Positions 20,446 through 33,527 of a stretch of DNA of 64,000 nucleotides are shown here, in pieces. The notes under the pieces were generated by a model, which saw nothing but the letters and a program-made list of their open reading frames with translations, did no database searches and had not been told where the DNA came from. The translations under genes were made by a program, and so were the position numbers. Source of the stretch: Eledone cirrhosa (taxonomy: Eukaryota); contig CAXHJY010000576.1 in assembly GCA_964016885.1 (NCBI GenBank), positions 1-64,000 on the forward strand, read 5' to 3'. The stretch's first letter is position 1. Each line of letters starts with the position of its first letter.

Positions 20446-21102
20446 CGATATATAGAGAGCTGCTGGTAATAGTAGCGCTGAGCGTAATATTGTACCGAGT
20501 GACCTCGCTCGGTAAACTTGTCTTTCATCTCTTCTTTCTGTCTTCTTCTTCCGTCTTCTTCTTCTTCTTCTTCTTCTTCTTCCACGCCTCTCTTCTTTAT
20601 CTTCATCATCATCATCATTATCTTCATCATCACCACCACCACCATCATCATCATCTTCATCGTATTTTAACACTTCTTCTTTCTCATCTTCTTCACCATC
20701 ACCATCATCATCATCATTATCATTATCGTCATATTTTAACACTCTCTTTTTTATCATCATCTTCACCAGCACATATATATGAGTGTGTGTGTGTATGTGT
20801 GTGTGTATTGTGTGTGTATGTGTGCATGTATGTGTGTATGTGTGTGTGTGTGTGTGTATGTGTGTGTGTATGTGTGTGTGTGTGTATGTGTGTGTGTATG
20901 TATGTGTGTGTATATGTATGTGTATGTGTGTATGTGTGTATGTATGCGTGTATGTATGTGTGTGTGTATGTATGTGTGTGTGTATGTGTGTGCGTGTATG
21001 TATGTGTGTGTGTATGTGTATGTATGTGTGTATGTGTGTATGTATGTGTGTATGTGTGTGTGTGTGTGTGTGTATGTGTGTGTGTATGTGTGTATCATCA
21101 AA

Positions 21103-21153
21103 TGACTTCTACAAGACTAGAACTGTTTCACTGGCAAGAAACAACCAGGAAAG
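21103..21153 (-). ncRNA. Decayed HH-D hammerhead remnant
   Basis: Minus: actttc CTGGTTG ... GAA ACAG ttctagtc TTGT A gaagtc. Confidence 0.5.
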
Positions 21154-21235
21154 TACCATCTTTACTAATGAACAGCGGTACATTATTTCACCGTCGTTCC
21201 CCTCTGTTCCTCTTCGAAATAACCATATGTATATA

Positions 21236-21353
<118 letters not shown>

Positions 21354-21514
21354 ATACAATAACAGAGATAGCTTTAAGCTAAACTCTGACTGGCTACCAT
21401 CTCACTCAACAAACATTAGGATATACCTTAGTATAATCCCAATTTTGTGTTTGGGGTGCTAATTATATGTATTTTGTGGAAAGCCAGTTGTATTATTTTA
21501 TACGAGATATAATT

Positions 21515-21575
<61 letters not shown>

Positions 21576-21730
21576 TAAGAATAATGAGTTCTAAACTCAA
21601 GCAATCCTTTACAATGAAATAGCTCAAAGAAATAGTCATTTACAATACAACAATACAAACACTTATATGTTGGTATTTGTGTTTTATCATATATATTAAT
21701 TTATATTAACTTGTATATATATATATATAT

Positions 21731-21952
21731 AGGAAAAAGTATGACCCCGACAGCAGAGCTCATGCCGTTTCGGCAGCTATTTCTTGACTAAAATACTAGT
21801 CCAGAAATTATAGTCCTGAAATAGCCGTCGAAACGGCTTGAGCTCTGACATCGGGGTCATACTTTTTTCCTATTACCTACTCTACTACCCTAAGTATTGA
21901 GTACTCTGGTGCGTTATGGTCCATCTGGTTCCTTACCACAACTCCTTCGTTA
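21731..21952 (+). mobile_element. Family HH-C fold-back element in (TA)n
   Basis: Inverted arms 21731-21790 and ~21810-21871, then the family C body. Confidence 0.8.
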
Positions 21953-22013
21953 TATATATATAGGAATGAACTATGGCGTGCTGTGTTGTTGCATTGTTGC
22001 AAATGTGATGTAC

Positions 22014-22145
22014 AAATTAAAATGAAGAATTAGAAATAGGACGATCCATCAAATCCACCCAATTCTTTTTATCCCGAAATACCTATGACGACTAGTAGAC
22101 CACTGATGATGGATAGTCCTATTTCTAATTCTTCATTTTAATTTA
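22014..22145. mobile_element. Fold-back element in (TA)n (~35-bp arms)
   Basis: aaattaaaatgaagaattagaaataggac.atccatca / tgatggatagtcctatttctaattcttcattttaattt. Confidence 0.7.
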
Positions 22146-22159
22146 TATATATATATATA

Positions 22160-22912
<753 letters not shown>

Positions 22913-22945
22913 ATGTGTGTGTGTGTGTGTTATATTTTGGGTGGG

Positions 22946-22997
<52 letters not shown>

Positions 22998-23277
22998 TGT
23001 TATATTTGGGGAGGGTCATATTGTTATAATATTGCCATAAATAATAATAAAACACACTCACTGTTTGGTTTGGATTGGTTTTCGCTTCTGTATTTGCTAT
23101 ATCTCCATAGTTAATTTAGCTGGTAATCAATGTTTATCATTGATGACCAACGGTTAAAAATACAGATATAAATATATATATATAGTCTATCAAAGTTCTT
23201 TTGTCACACATCTGTAACATCATCAGTGGTTCTATTATGTTTCCTCCCATTGTATTGTAATGTCTACGCCATTTTTA

Positions 23278-23321
<44 letters not shown>

Positions 23322-23345
23322 ATATATATATGTATATATATATAC

Positions 23346-23412
<67 letters not shown>

Positions 23413-23490
23413 GTTCAAGGAAACGACAAAATAGAGATACAAAAAAAAGTCTTATTAGTTTCATGCCTTATATGGAAAAGGGGAAAGAGT

Positions 23491-23527
23491 GTTTGACGTG
23501 TCGGGCTTTAGCCCTTCTTCAGGTGCA
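23491..23527 (-). ncRNA. Minimal hammerhead remnant (HH-H)
   Basis: Minus: CTGAAGA a gggc-taaa-gccc GAcA CGTC (one core change, helix I weak). Confidence 0.5.
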
Positions 23528-23691
23528 CAAAAAATAGAAACAGGGTCACAAAGGATAGATACAGAAAATAGAAGGTAGTCAATAAGACAAGTGAAGCCAT
23601 TAGGTAGCCTTGGTAACGATTTTAGAACGCAAAGTGAAATGTATGTTTATTAGTGTTAATATCATGTGTAAGTGTATGTAAATGTTTAAAC

Positions 23692-23763
<72 letters not shown>

Positions 23764-23769
23764 TATATA

Positions 23770-23834
23770 CAGGGTGTCCCCAAAAATGTATACATACTTC
23801 AGCAGCATTTGTATACATTTTTTGGTACCCCCTG
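23770..23834. mobile_element. Tc1/mariner-type MITE
   Basis: TA-CAGGGTGTCCCCAAAAATGTATACA ... TGTATACATTTTTTGGTACCCCCTG-TA; second copy at 30069. Confidence 0.85.
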
Positions 23835-23883
23835 TATATATATATACATAAATATACATAAATATACATACATATACATACAT

Positions 23884-25166
23884 ATCATCATCATCATCAT
23901 CATCATCACCGTTTTACGTCCGTTCTTCCACGCTAGCATGGGTTAGACGGGTTGTCCTGTTGTGGGCAGTGTCTGGTCGGCTGACCATGCCTTGCTCATA
24001 CAGGAACTGATCTGGCTTGATTTCTACAGCTGGATGCCCTTCCTAACACCAACCTCATTTACAGTGAGTGCTGGGTGCTTTTTCGTGGCGCCTACACGTC
24101 CACTTTACAGTGTGGGCTGGGTGCTTTTTTGCCGTGGCACCTCCACGACCACCTTGCGGTGGGGGGGGGGGGGGGGGCATATTGTTTATATGCTTCAGCA
24201 TGTACCCATGGGAGGTCGGGTACCCTGTATTACTGCGTGACGCCAGAAGTCACGGTCGTGTGTCATTGACTTTGAGAGGTGTAGTTGGGTAAGGTCGGCT
24301 TTTATCACCTCATCCCAAGTCATCTTGGGTCTCCCCACTCCGCGGTTTCCATCAACTTCTAGTGCTCTGCACCTTTTTATGCAGCTGTCATCCTTCATAC
24401 GCATCACATGTCCATACCAGCGTAACCGCCTCTCCTGCACGCAGCATTTGATTCCTCTTATGCTCAGTCTCTCTCTCAATTCATTTATGCTTTGTCGTTC
24501 ACGTATATTACTGTTACACATCCATCGGAGCATGCAGGCTTCGTTTCTCTCTAATCTACGTAAGTCTTCCACCTTCAGCGCCCAGGTCTCACTACCATGC
24601 AACATCGCTGTTCGGATACACGCATCATACAGTCTGCCTTTCATTCTGAGGGAGAAGCCTTTTGCAGCTAGCAGTGGTAGTAGTTCCCTAAACTTCTTCC
24701 ATCCCGTTCTTACCCTAGTTATTGTACTTTCTGAGCACCCACCTCCGTTGCTAATTCGGTCACCTAGGTAGCAGAAGCTGTCTACTGTTTCTACAGGGCC
24801 CTCCCAGAGATTGGTGGTACTTGTTTCCTGTGGCTGTTTGCTTGCTGTTTCAGCACAGCTGCTGCATGTGAATCCTACATTCTTAATTAAGCTTCCTGAG
24901 ATCCCGCTACATCTCTTGTGTACCCATTGTTTGCATTTGGGGCAAAGAATGGAGTTCCTACCTACACCTTTCCTACATACTGAGCAAGGCCATTTCCCTG
25001 AGGGGATCTGGGTTCTGTTTTCTCGTCTACTTATAAGGACCTTAGTCTTTGTCATGTTGACTTTGAGGCCCTTTCTCTCTAGTCCCTGCTTCCAGGTTTG
25101 GAATTTATTCTCTAGTTCTACCATAGATTCAGCTATGAGTGAGAGGTCATCAGCATACAGGATACA
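23884..25166 (-). mobile_element. 5'-truncated RTE-clade LINE with 3' UTR and (GAT)n tail
   Basis: RT motifs LYADD, GLKVNMTKTK, FCYLG, MLHGSETW, RLRWYGHVMR, GRPK; (GAT)n tail at 23884-23908. Confidence 0.95.
24195..25163 (-). pseudogene. RTE ORF C-terminal part: RT end, PHD-like C4HC3 finger, thumb and C-terminus
   Basis: Uninterrupted ~320-codon frame starting near LYADD; no genuine start codon (truncated). Confidence 0.9.
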
Positions 25167-25176
25167 GCATACACAC

Positions 25177-25236
<60 letters not shown>

Positions 25237-25335
25237 GTGTGTGTGTGTAAGTGTCTGTGCGTGTGTGTATAAGTGTGTAAGTGTGTGTAAGTGTGTGTGT
25301 GTGTGTGTATGTATGTGTGTGTGGGGGGGTGTAAG

Positions 25336-25397
<62 letters not shown>

Positions 25398-25477
25398 GGT
25401 GTGTGTGTGGGTGTGTGTGTGTAAGTGTGTGTGTGTGTGTAAGTGTGTGTGTGGGTGTGTAAGTGTCTGAGTGTGTA

Positions 25478-25640
25478 TCTAATTCCGCTGTGAGCGTCCA
25501 AGTCTCGCAGGCAATACGATAAGATGGAGAGTTCTCGAGAGCACGCATGAGATTCGGTGTAGCTACGAGACGTTCTTATCAGATCTTCTTATCTTAAACT
25601 GATGTTAACCAGAAAACATGTACAAGACATCCTCTGATAC
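25478..25640 (-). mobile_element. Old RTE LINE fragment
   Basis: Minus reads LMRAL...ACETWTLTAEL, an RTE thumb-region motif; frameshifted upstream. Confidence 0.55.
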
Positions 25641-25869
25641 CTTGCAACGTTGGCCTACTCCTACTACTCCCCCGTCCTCTTTCTTTGCCTTCTTCTTCTT
25701 CTTCTTCTTCTTCTTTATTCTTCTTCTTTGCCTTCTTCTTTTTCTTTTTCTTCTTCTTTGCCTTCTTTTTGTTTTTCTTTTTCTTCGCCTTCTTTTTCTT
25801 CTTCTTTGCCTTCTTTTTCTTTGCCTTTTTCGTCTTCTTTTCCGTCTTCTTCTTTGCCTTCTTCTTCTC

Positions 25870-26392
25870 GGAAGGGATTTGAACTCAGACCGTAAAGGGG
25901 CGTCACTCTATGCTGCAAAGCACGGCGTCAGACCCTCTACCGATACTGCCAATCCACCATAATAATAAATAATAATAATTGTTTCTACTTTTGGCACAAG
26001 GCCAGCAAATACCCCAGTGTATTACTGGTTCTTTATTTTATCGACCCCCTGTAAGGATGAAAGGCAAAGTTAACCTCGACTGGATTTGAGCTCAGATCAT
26101 AAAGAGCCGTAACTCTATGCTGCAGAGCATGGCGTCCGACCCTTTACCGATACGGCCAATCCACCGCCCTAATAATAGTTGTTTCTTATATAGGCACAAG
26201 GCCAGCAATTTTGTGTGAGGGGGGTGTTGATTAAATCGACCCCAGTACATTACTGGTACTTTATTTTATCGACTCCGTAAGGATGAAAGGCAAAGTTAAC
26301 ATCGGCGGGATTTGAACTCAGACTGTAAAGAGGCCTAACTCTATGCTGCAAAGCATGGCGTCCGGCCCTCTACCGATACGGCCAATCCACCA
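25870..26392 (-). mobile_element. Three SINE-A copies in tandem (partial 25870-25958, short 25978-26170, long 26178-26392)
   Basis: Each matches the SINE-A consensus. Confidence 0.9.
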
Positions 26393-26399
26393 TATAAAC

Positions 26400-26570
26400 C
26401 AAAGGTTCCCAAAGTGGGTTCCACAAAGAAGTGTCTAAGGTTCCCTGAAAAAAAGGGTACAGGAGTATAGATATATATATTACGACCCTACAATAGTATT
26501 AGACTTTGGGGTTCCATTAAAAGTTTCTGAACCAAAAAGGGTTCCATGTTTGAAAAAGTTGAATCCCCGA
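26400..26570. mobile_element. Degenerate hAT(Charlie)-like MITE
   Basis: Left caaaggttcccaaagtggg, right aaaaagttgaatccccg, repeated ggttcc subterminal motifs; no clear TSD. Confidence 0.45.
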
Positions 26571-26599
26571 GTATTTGTGTTCGGATAAATGGTGGGAAA

Positions 26600-26760
26600 T
26601 CGAAACCATTATCCCGGGATTAATCGGGGGTAACCACAGTAAGTAAGGTACTCAATACATAGCAGAGTATAAATATTTAATATAGGGCTTCCTGATGATT
26701 TCTCCCGAATGAAACAATTCTACTCCTGTAGAAGCCATTTCTATATTAAGTATATCAAGT
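26600..26760. mobile_element. Family HH-D element with inversion
   Basis: Minus 3' tail (ggtaaccacagtaagtaaggtactcaatac) joined to a plus-strand hammerhead. Confidence 0.8.
26686..26736 (+). ncRNA. Type I hammerhead ribozyme (HH-D)
   Basis: GGCTTC CTGATGA tttctcccgaat GAA ACAa ttctactc cTGT A GAAGCC. Confidence 0.75.
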
Positions 26761-26772
26761 GTATATATATAA

Positions 26773-26828
<56 letters not shown>

Positions 26829-26829
26829 G

Positions 26830-27005
26830 ATGTCTTCCAAAAGTAACGGTTGCATTTTGAAAGGGTACGTCAATGTTTATTTATAAAACTGGTATATATT
26901 GTATTTTGTCTGATGAAGGCATACCATAATTTAACATGGCATCCTTGAAATATGTATAATGAAATAAATATGGTTTTATAAATATAGTTTCCATTTGTTA
27001 ATATC

Positions 27006-27008
<3 letters not shown>
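26830..27008 (+). mobile_element. Family HH-B element in (TA)n
   Basis: Matches 36420, 46280, 48245 and 52958 copies. Confidence 0.85.
26902..26966 (+). ncRNA. Type I hammerhead ribozyme (HH-B)
   Basis: TATTTTGT CTGATGA agg cataccat..atggcat cctt GAA ATATGTAT A ATGAAATA. Confidence 0.8.
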
Positions 27009-27067
<59 letters not shown>

Positions 27068-27072
<5 letters not shown>

Positions 27073-27211
27073 GGTAAAGAAACCAAATAAATATATATTA
27101 TTAAAAAAAAAGACTTCAGTTGCATTTTCGATTTCATATTTTTTCCTTATACTTTCACTCATGTAGTCTTTTTTTTTTAATAATATATATTTATTTGGTT
27201 TCTTTACCGGT

Positions 27212-27213
<2 letters not shown>
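27068..27213. mobile_element. Fold-back element in (TA)n (~48-bp arms, ~50-bp spacer)
   Basis: aaaccggtaaagaaaccaaataaatatatattattaaaa..gact and its reverse complement. Confidence 0.75.
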
Positions 27214-27276
<63 letters not shown>

Positions 27277-27306
27277 ATATATAATTACGACCCATACTAA
27301 TCTTTG

Positions 27307-27402
<96 letters not shown>

Positions 27403-27537
27403 GAGTGGTGTAATCATGCAAATATAGGAATCCCAAAGTCAGTAATTAACTGTAACTACAGTCAATTGCTATAAATAATACCTTGGAAAATCGGGCAAAA
27501 TACCCCTATGGTCGGAAAAAAATATTGAGTTCCTGAA

Positions 27538-27945
27538 CTTCTTCTTCGTCTTCTTCTTCTTCTAGCGACTCTACCTGGAGAGATTCTCTGATCTCTGAGC
27601 TACAAATCTGTCCAGCGATTCATTCCTGAGACATTCTAACCACATGTCCATAGTATCGGAGCTGTGATCTCTCAATTTGGAGAAGTAGCTGCTCTACCTG
27701 GAGTGACTCTCTGGAGTTACGCACTTTATCGAGTAAAGTTACCCCAAAAATCCTTCGGAGGAACCCCATTTCGGCCGCTTATATTCGCGATCGTATTCTT
27801 TCGGTCATTACCCAAGATTGATGACCGTAAGTAAGGGTTGGCACGAAAAGTGAATTGAAGATAAAGAGTTTGGATTTTACACCTACCTCCCTTCTTCTGA
27901 TTACTGAACACTGAAGCTGGCGCATTACTACACCAGCTTTTGTTT
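27538..27945 (-). mobile_element. RTE (Expander-like) LINE fragment with stop codons and (GAA)n end
   Basis: KLFIFNSLFVPTLTYGHQSWVMTERIRSRI*AAEMGFLRRIFGVTLLDKVRNS..IERSQLRYYGHVVRM. Confidence 0.9.
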
Positions 27946-27988
27946 CTGAACTGAACAAATCAAAACCCTGCAATCATTGATTAGTTAA

Positions 27989-28203
27989 CCCTTTAATGTT
28001 CAAACCGCCCAAAACCGGCCGGAATTCTCTACCTCTTTCTGTTGAAACTGGCTGTAACTGGTCACTCAAACTGTTGTTAAGGTATTGTTCTCAAAATAAA
28101 TACTTTCAAAATCTCATAGATTCGATATTATGTGAAAATCTCATAGATTCGATATTATGTGAAAATATAATAGTATATATAGAGTAATGTAAATGCCAAA
28201 GGG
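27989..28203. mobile_element. piggyBac-type MITE
   Basis: TTAA-CCCTTT ... AAAGGG-TTAA; internal 27-bp tandem duplication. Confidence 0.8.
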
Positions 28204-28532
28204 TTAAACCTAACCGTATCCCGCTCAAGAAACCAATGGGTTTGTAAATAGAAACGAAATGAAGTTACAGGCTCTGCAATTGCAAAAAAAAAACAAAAAA
28301 AAAACAGAGCTCAAACAAAGACGTAAATGTGAATTGAGGCTAAAACTAAGCAACGTGATACAACTGAGTGTGAACAGAATAACAGAATAACAGAAAAAAA
28401 TAACAGATTGAAGCAAATATATATGACATGAGACAGTAAACCATACTTTAGAAAGTACATTGCCTAACTTACAATCGCAGACAGAGAAATATATTAAATT
28501 ATCATTACACCCTAACACCAACTGAATCAGTA

Positions 28533-28604
<72 letters not shown>

Positions 28605-28612
<8 letters not shown>

Positions 28613-28858
28613 ACTCTTTGCTTATATATATATATATATAAATATATATATATTTATAACTCTTTGCTTATATATAAAAATATATATATAAATATATATA
28701 TATTTATAACTCTTTGCTTATATATATATATATATATAAATATATATATATTTATAACTCTTTGCTTATATATAAAAATATATATATAAATATATATATA
28801 TTTATAACTCTTTGCTTAAATATATATATATAAATATATATATATTTATAACTCTTTG

Positions 28859-28900
<42 letters not shown>
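28605..28900. repeat. Minisatellite tttataactctttgct(ta)n, six units
   Basis: Direct reading. Confidence 0.9.
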
Positions 28901-28902
<2 letters not shown>

Positions 28903-28906
<4 letters not shown>

Positions 28907-29029
28907 GAAAGTGAACAACACAAAATATAAGTACTTCAGTTATATTTTGTTGTTTACTTTCTAATTAAATAGTTCTGTTCTATACATAGAGCACTCTTTT
29001 TTCCTTTGCTTTTCCTTTGGAATTACGTA

Positions 29030-29031
<2 letters not shown>
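28903..29031 (+). mobile_element. Small fold-back element (arms 28903-28933 and 28943-28969) with 3' extension
   Basis: aattagaaagtgaacaac..aaaatataa / ttatattttgttgtttactttctaatt. Confidence 0.6.
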
Positions 29032-29067
<36 letters not shown>

Positions 29068-29179
29068 TCATACATTTTTTAAATATAGATAGATATATAT
29101 ATATATGTATATTAATGTATTGTTTATAAATTTATATATTATAAAATATATTTCTTATATTATTCTTCATATGTATGTA

Positions 29180-29219
<40 letters not shown>

Positions 29220-29236
29220 TATATACAATAAATAAT

Positions 29237-29316
<80 letters not shown>

Positions 29317-29354
29317 TATCTTGGGGCTTTCAACATTTCAATTCCGAAGTAAGC

Positions 29355-29415
29355 CGCTCTGATGACGTAAGATGACGTCACACACCGTCAAATATTCGGC
29401 TCTTTTGATGTCAGT
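29355..29415. promoter_or_regulatory. Candidate CRE/ATF site cluster
   Basis: TGACGTAA (29363), TGACGTCA (29373) and TGATGTCA in CpG-containing unique sequence. Confidence 0.3.
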
Positions 29416-29528
29416 GTCTCCTTTTAAAACATCAGTCTTAGAGCTCTTTGGCTAAGGTGAACTTATATTATTTCACAAGAGAGAGAAAGCGATGGGGGAG
29501 CGGCTAGAGAGCGAGAGAGAGAGAGAAC

Positions 29529-29577
<49 letters not shown>

Positions 29578-29783
29578 CACACTTTGCTAATGCACTCGTT
29601 GAACTTTACTTTTCGTCATCGGCTGCGGTTAGTGTAGGAGAATAGCTTTGTTGTGTCTGTGTGTCCGGCGTCTGATGATAATGTGGAGAACAACGAAATA
29701 TACATACATACAACATATATCTATATATACATACATATATCTATAATATATATATATATATATATACACATACACAAACATAT

Positions 29784-29836
<53 letters not shown>

Positions 29837-30037
29837 CACACACATACACAAACATATACATATATATATATACACACATACATAAACATATACATATATA
29901 TATATATATACACATACACAATCATATACATATATATATATACACACACATACACAAACATATACATATATATATATACACACACATACACACACATATA
30001 TATATATATACTCACACACACATATATACACATACAA

Positions 30038-30068
<31 letters not shown>

Positions 30069-30072
<4 letters not shown>

Positions 30073-30146
30073 GTGTCCCACAAAACTGTATATACACTTT
30101 GATTAGAATACTCTTGAAGTGTGTATACATTTTTGGGGACACCATT
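30069..30146. mobile_element. Tc1/mariner-type MITE (second copy)
   Basis: tagggtgtcccacaaaactgtata ... tgtatacatttttggggacacc in TA context. Confidence 0.75.
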
Positions 30147-30206
30147 TATATATATATATATATATATATATTTGTGTATGTATATGTATATGTGTATGTG
30201 TGTATG

Positions 30207-30239
<33 letters not shown>

Positions 30240-30499
30240 CTATATATGTGTGTGTATATATATATGTGTGTGTGTGTGTATGTATATATATGTCTGTGTG
30301 TGTGTGTGTCTATATATGTGTGTGTGTATATATATATGTGTGTGTGTGTGTCAGTATGTGTGTGTGTGTGCGCGCCAATGTGACGGTGTCTGTGTTAATG
30401 TGTGTCACATGGGGTTCTCTGTATATATGTATGTGTGTTAGGTTGTGTGTATGTGTACTATTGTGCGTCTCTGTCTGTATGTCTGTATGCCTGCCTGCC

Positions 30500-30538
<39 letters not shown>

Positions 30539-31275
30539 ATGTCTGTTTGTCTGTCTGTCTGTGTCGGCCTCTGAACGTAACTGTGTAACTAGGTGTGTAA
30601 GTATTTGTGTCTGTGTGTCTGTGTGTCAGTGTGTCTCTCTGTGTGTGTGTGCGTGTGTGTGTCTGTGTGTGTGTGTCTGCGTGTGTCTGTGTGTGTGTCT
30701 ATGTCTGTATGCGTGTGTGTGTGTGTGTGTCTGTATGTGTCTATGTGTGTGTGTGTGTGTGTCTGTGTCTGTGTATGTGTGTGACTGTGTGTGTGTATGT
30801 GTGTGTGAATGTGTGCGTGGCTGTATATCTGTGTGTGTATGTGTGTGTATATGTGTGTGACTGTGTCTCTGTGTGTATATGTGTGTGTGCATGTGTGTAT
30901 GTCTGTGTGTGTATGTGTGTGTGTATGTATGTGTGACTGCGTCTGTGTGTGTATATGTGTGTGTATGTTTCTGTCTCTGTGTGAATATGTGTGTGTGCCT
31001 GTGTGTGTGTATGTGTGTGTGTGTGTATATGTGTGTGTGTATGTGTGCTGGTGTGATTACAACTAAATGTAGTTGCATATAAAAGTGACTAAGTGCACGT
31101 GTGAGTGTCTGTCTGTATGTATGCATGTATGTATGAATATATATATGTATGCATGTATGTATGTATATATGTATTTATACATGTATGTATGCATGTATGT
31201 ATGTATACATGTATGTATGTCATTGTATATATCTCTCTATATATATGTGTGTGAACTATATATATATATATATAT

Positions 31276-31441
31276 AACGAAGGAAATGTGGTAAGGAACC
31301 AGGTGGACCATAACGCACCAAAGTACTCAATACTTAGGGTAGTAGAGTGGGTAATAGGAACCAGTAAGACCCCGACGGCTGAGCTCAAGCCGTTTCGACG
31401 GCTAATTCTAGAATTATAGAATTATAGAATTCTAGAATTCC
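31276..31441 (-). mobile_element. Family HH-C element
   Basis: Family match; minus GAA-ACGGC-ttgagctca-GCCGT-C. Confidence 0.8.
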
Positions 31442-31507
31442 TATATATATATATATATATCAGGAAAGAAGATTGACATGGTTTGCTATACAAAAAAGGT
31501 TTTTAAT

Positions 31508-31626
31508 CTCAGTGCTGACAATTGTTTCTCTGAACTGGTAGGTCTAGAGATCGCTATTCGCTTGTTTTCACGTTACTCGATCGCCAATACAAAATTATAA
31601 CCAGTCAGTTCTTCGGAGCATGCGAG
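31508..31626 (-). ncRNA. Hammerhead with extended helix II (HH-F, inverted copy)
   Basis: Mirror of 32129-32247. Confidence 0.65.
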
Positions 31627-32128
31627 AATGAAGAGGATATACAGGCATGAAAGGAATATACAGGCTACTATATGAAGTAGTAATGGCATTCAGTTAGAAC
31701 AATAACAACAATTACAACAATGCTAGTAATAAATTATTTGAAGAAGATGAAAAGAAAGACTGTATTCTCATCTAATGTAGACCACACAAATTCTATTCAA
31801 TGATAAATACTTCGTCGGTCAGATAAATACTGAACATTACGGCCACCTGACCTACATTGTTGATAAACACCGGCTTATCTTTAAAATTGATATAATACAC
31901 CCTACGACACTCCTTACATGTCAACCTTATACTTCTGCTTCATGTCAGCTAGTTTTACACGCCGAAATCTTAGATACACTATACCCTCCACCTAATGTAA
32001 TGTCAGGGTATCCTCAAATAATTTATTACTAGCATTGTTGTAATTGTTGTTATTGTTCTAACTGAATGCCATTACTACTTCATATAGTAGCCTGTATATT
32101 CCTTTCATGCCTGTATATCCTCTTCATT

Positions 32129-32247
32129 CTCGCATGCTCCGAAGAACTGACTGGTTATAATTTTGTATTGGCGATCGAGTAACGTGAAAACAAGCGAATA
32201 GCGATCTCTAGACCTACCAGTTCAGAGAAACAATTGTCAGCAATGAG
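32129..32247 (+). ncRNA. Hammerhead with extended helix II (HH-F)
   Basis: TGCT CCGAAGA a ctga ctggt [..] accag t tcag a GAA ACAATTGT C AGCA; U4C core variant. Confidence 0.65.
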
Positions 32248-32533
32248 ATTAAAAACCTTTTTTGTATAGCAAACCATGTCAATCTTCTTTCCTGATTTAT
32301 TATTACGCCAAGTGTTTACAACATAGGAATTACAGCATACTCGCAACATCACTATGAAAACGCCTTGTTGAGTCAAACCAAGCCAAGCGTTGATATCATC
32401 CACTACCCGGAATACCATAACTGGACTACACCTAAGTGGACTGCATATAACTATTATTTGTTACCCCGTATATATATATATATATATATTAGAAGAAACG
32501 AGGAAGTTTCGTTTACATATGAAAAATATTTAT

Positions 32534-32575
32534 TGCGTTACGCGCGTTTCGCAAAGGATTGACTCACCGTACTAC
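32534..32575 (-). ncRNA. Hammerhead remnant
   Basis: Minus: cggtga gtcaa tcct ttgc GAA ACGCGCGT A acgc; 5' core decayed. Confidence 0.45.
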
Positions 32576-32578
32576 CCA

Positions 32579-32696
<118 letters not shown>

Positions 32697-33309
32697 GCTA
32701 TGCGGGCTTTTAAAAAAACTAAGTCTTTAGAATATAAATTCTAAATAGGGGTAAACAGAACAAAGACAATGACAAAACCAATAGAAAACCTCACAGTCCC
32801 ATCTCTTCAGCCAGCCTCTTGAAAAAACTACAGTTTCGGATTTTTAAGGTTGATACTAATCATTCCAGTGCACATTGTGACGTAACAAGACATGTAGAGA
32901 CAAAGACAGGACAAGTTATGCCTTTAGGTGATTTACACAATTAAAGTCGTAAAATACCCCAAGTATGTCAACTGACAAAGAAGGGGGAGAAAGGTGTGTG
33001 AGGGTTTAACCAAAGGAGAAATATATGGACTGTAGTCAAAAGAGAATGGCACTGAGGCGTAGACAAGTTTAAAAGGGAGAATAGAGTTAGACAGACTGGC
33101 GTGAATTTTATGATTTTATGTTTAAAAAGAAAAAAATCCCGCATGGTTAAATCTGCTGAATGAGATAATTAAGATGTTATTTAATACAGACTAGGAAAGC
33201 TATTATTAAACTTAAGTAATCCATACTTTAATGAAAGTAGAATGTAATTATTATTTCAAAACATCAAAATCCAACGGTCAAGTTTAAACAACTTCAATGG
33301 TAATAGAAT

Positions 33310-33527
33310 GGTTTCTTATATAGACACAAGGCCAGAAATTTTGGGGGAGGGGAAAGTCGATTAAATCGACCCCAGTGCGTTACTGGTACTTTATTTTATC
33401 GACCTCGTAAGGATGAAAGGCAAAGTTAACCTCGGTGGGGATTTGAACTCAGATCATAAAGGGCCGTAACTCTATGCTGCAAAGCGTGGCGTCCGACCCT
33501 CTACCGATACTGCCAATCCAGCACCCT
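33310..33527 (-). mobile_element. SINE-A (long form) with 18-bp TSD
   Basis: TSD cttcaatgg(t/c)aatagaat at 33292-33309 and 33528-33545. Confidence 0.92.

Larger units (their letters stand above)
31460..32469 (+). mobile_element. Family HH-F element: ~280-bp inverted arms (31460-31741 and 32014-32294), spacer and 3' extension
   Basis: Arms nearly identical; bounded by (TA)n on both sides. Confidence 0.85.

Noticed and set aside
23190-23235. Minus-strand CTGATGA plus hairpin
   Set aside because: GAAA box and helix III missing
24325-25236. Plus-strand ORFs overlapping the RTE
   Set aside because: Antisense shadows of the RT frame
28605-28900. CRISPR-like regularly spaced repeats (also 43400-43820 and 51973-52206)
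   Set aside because: Spacers are (TA)n or identical, no cas genes, eukaryotic context
29668-29705. CTGATGA...GAAA hammerhead candidate
   Set aside because: Helices I and III cannot be formed convincingly
31860-31935. Minus-strand LTCKECRRVY resembling a GIY-YIG CxxC segment
   Set aside because: No YIG motif and surrounded by stop codons; likely chance
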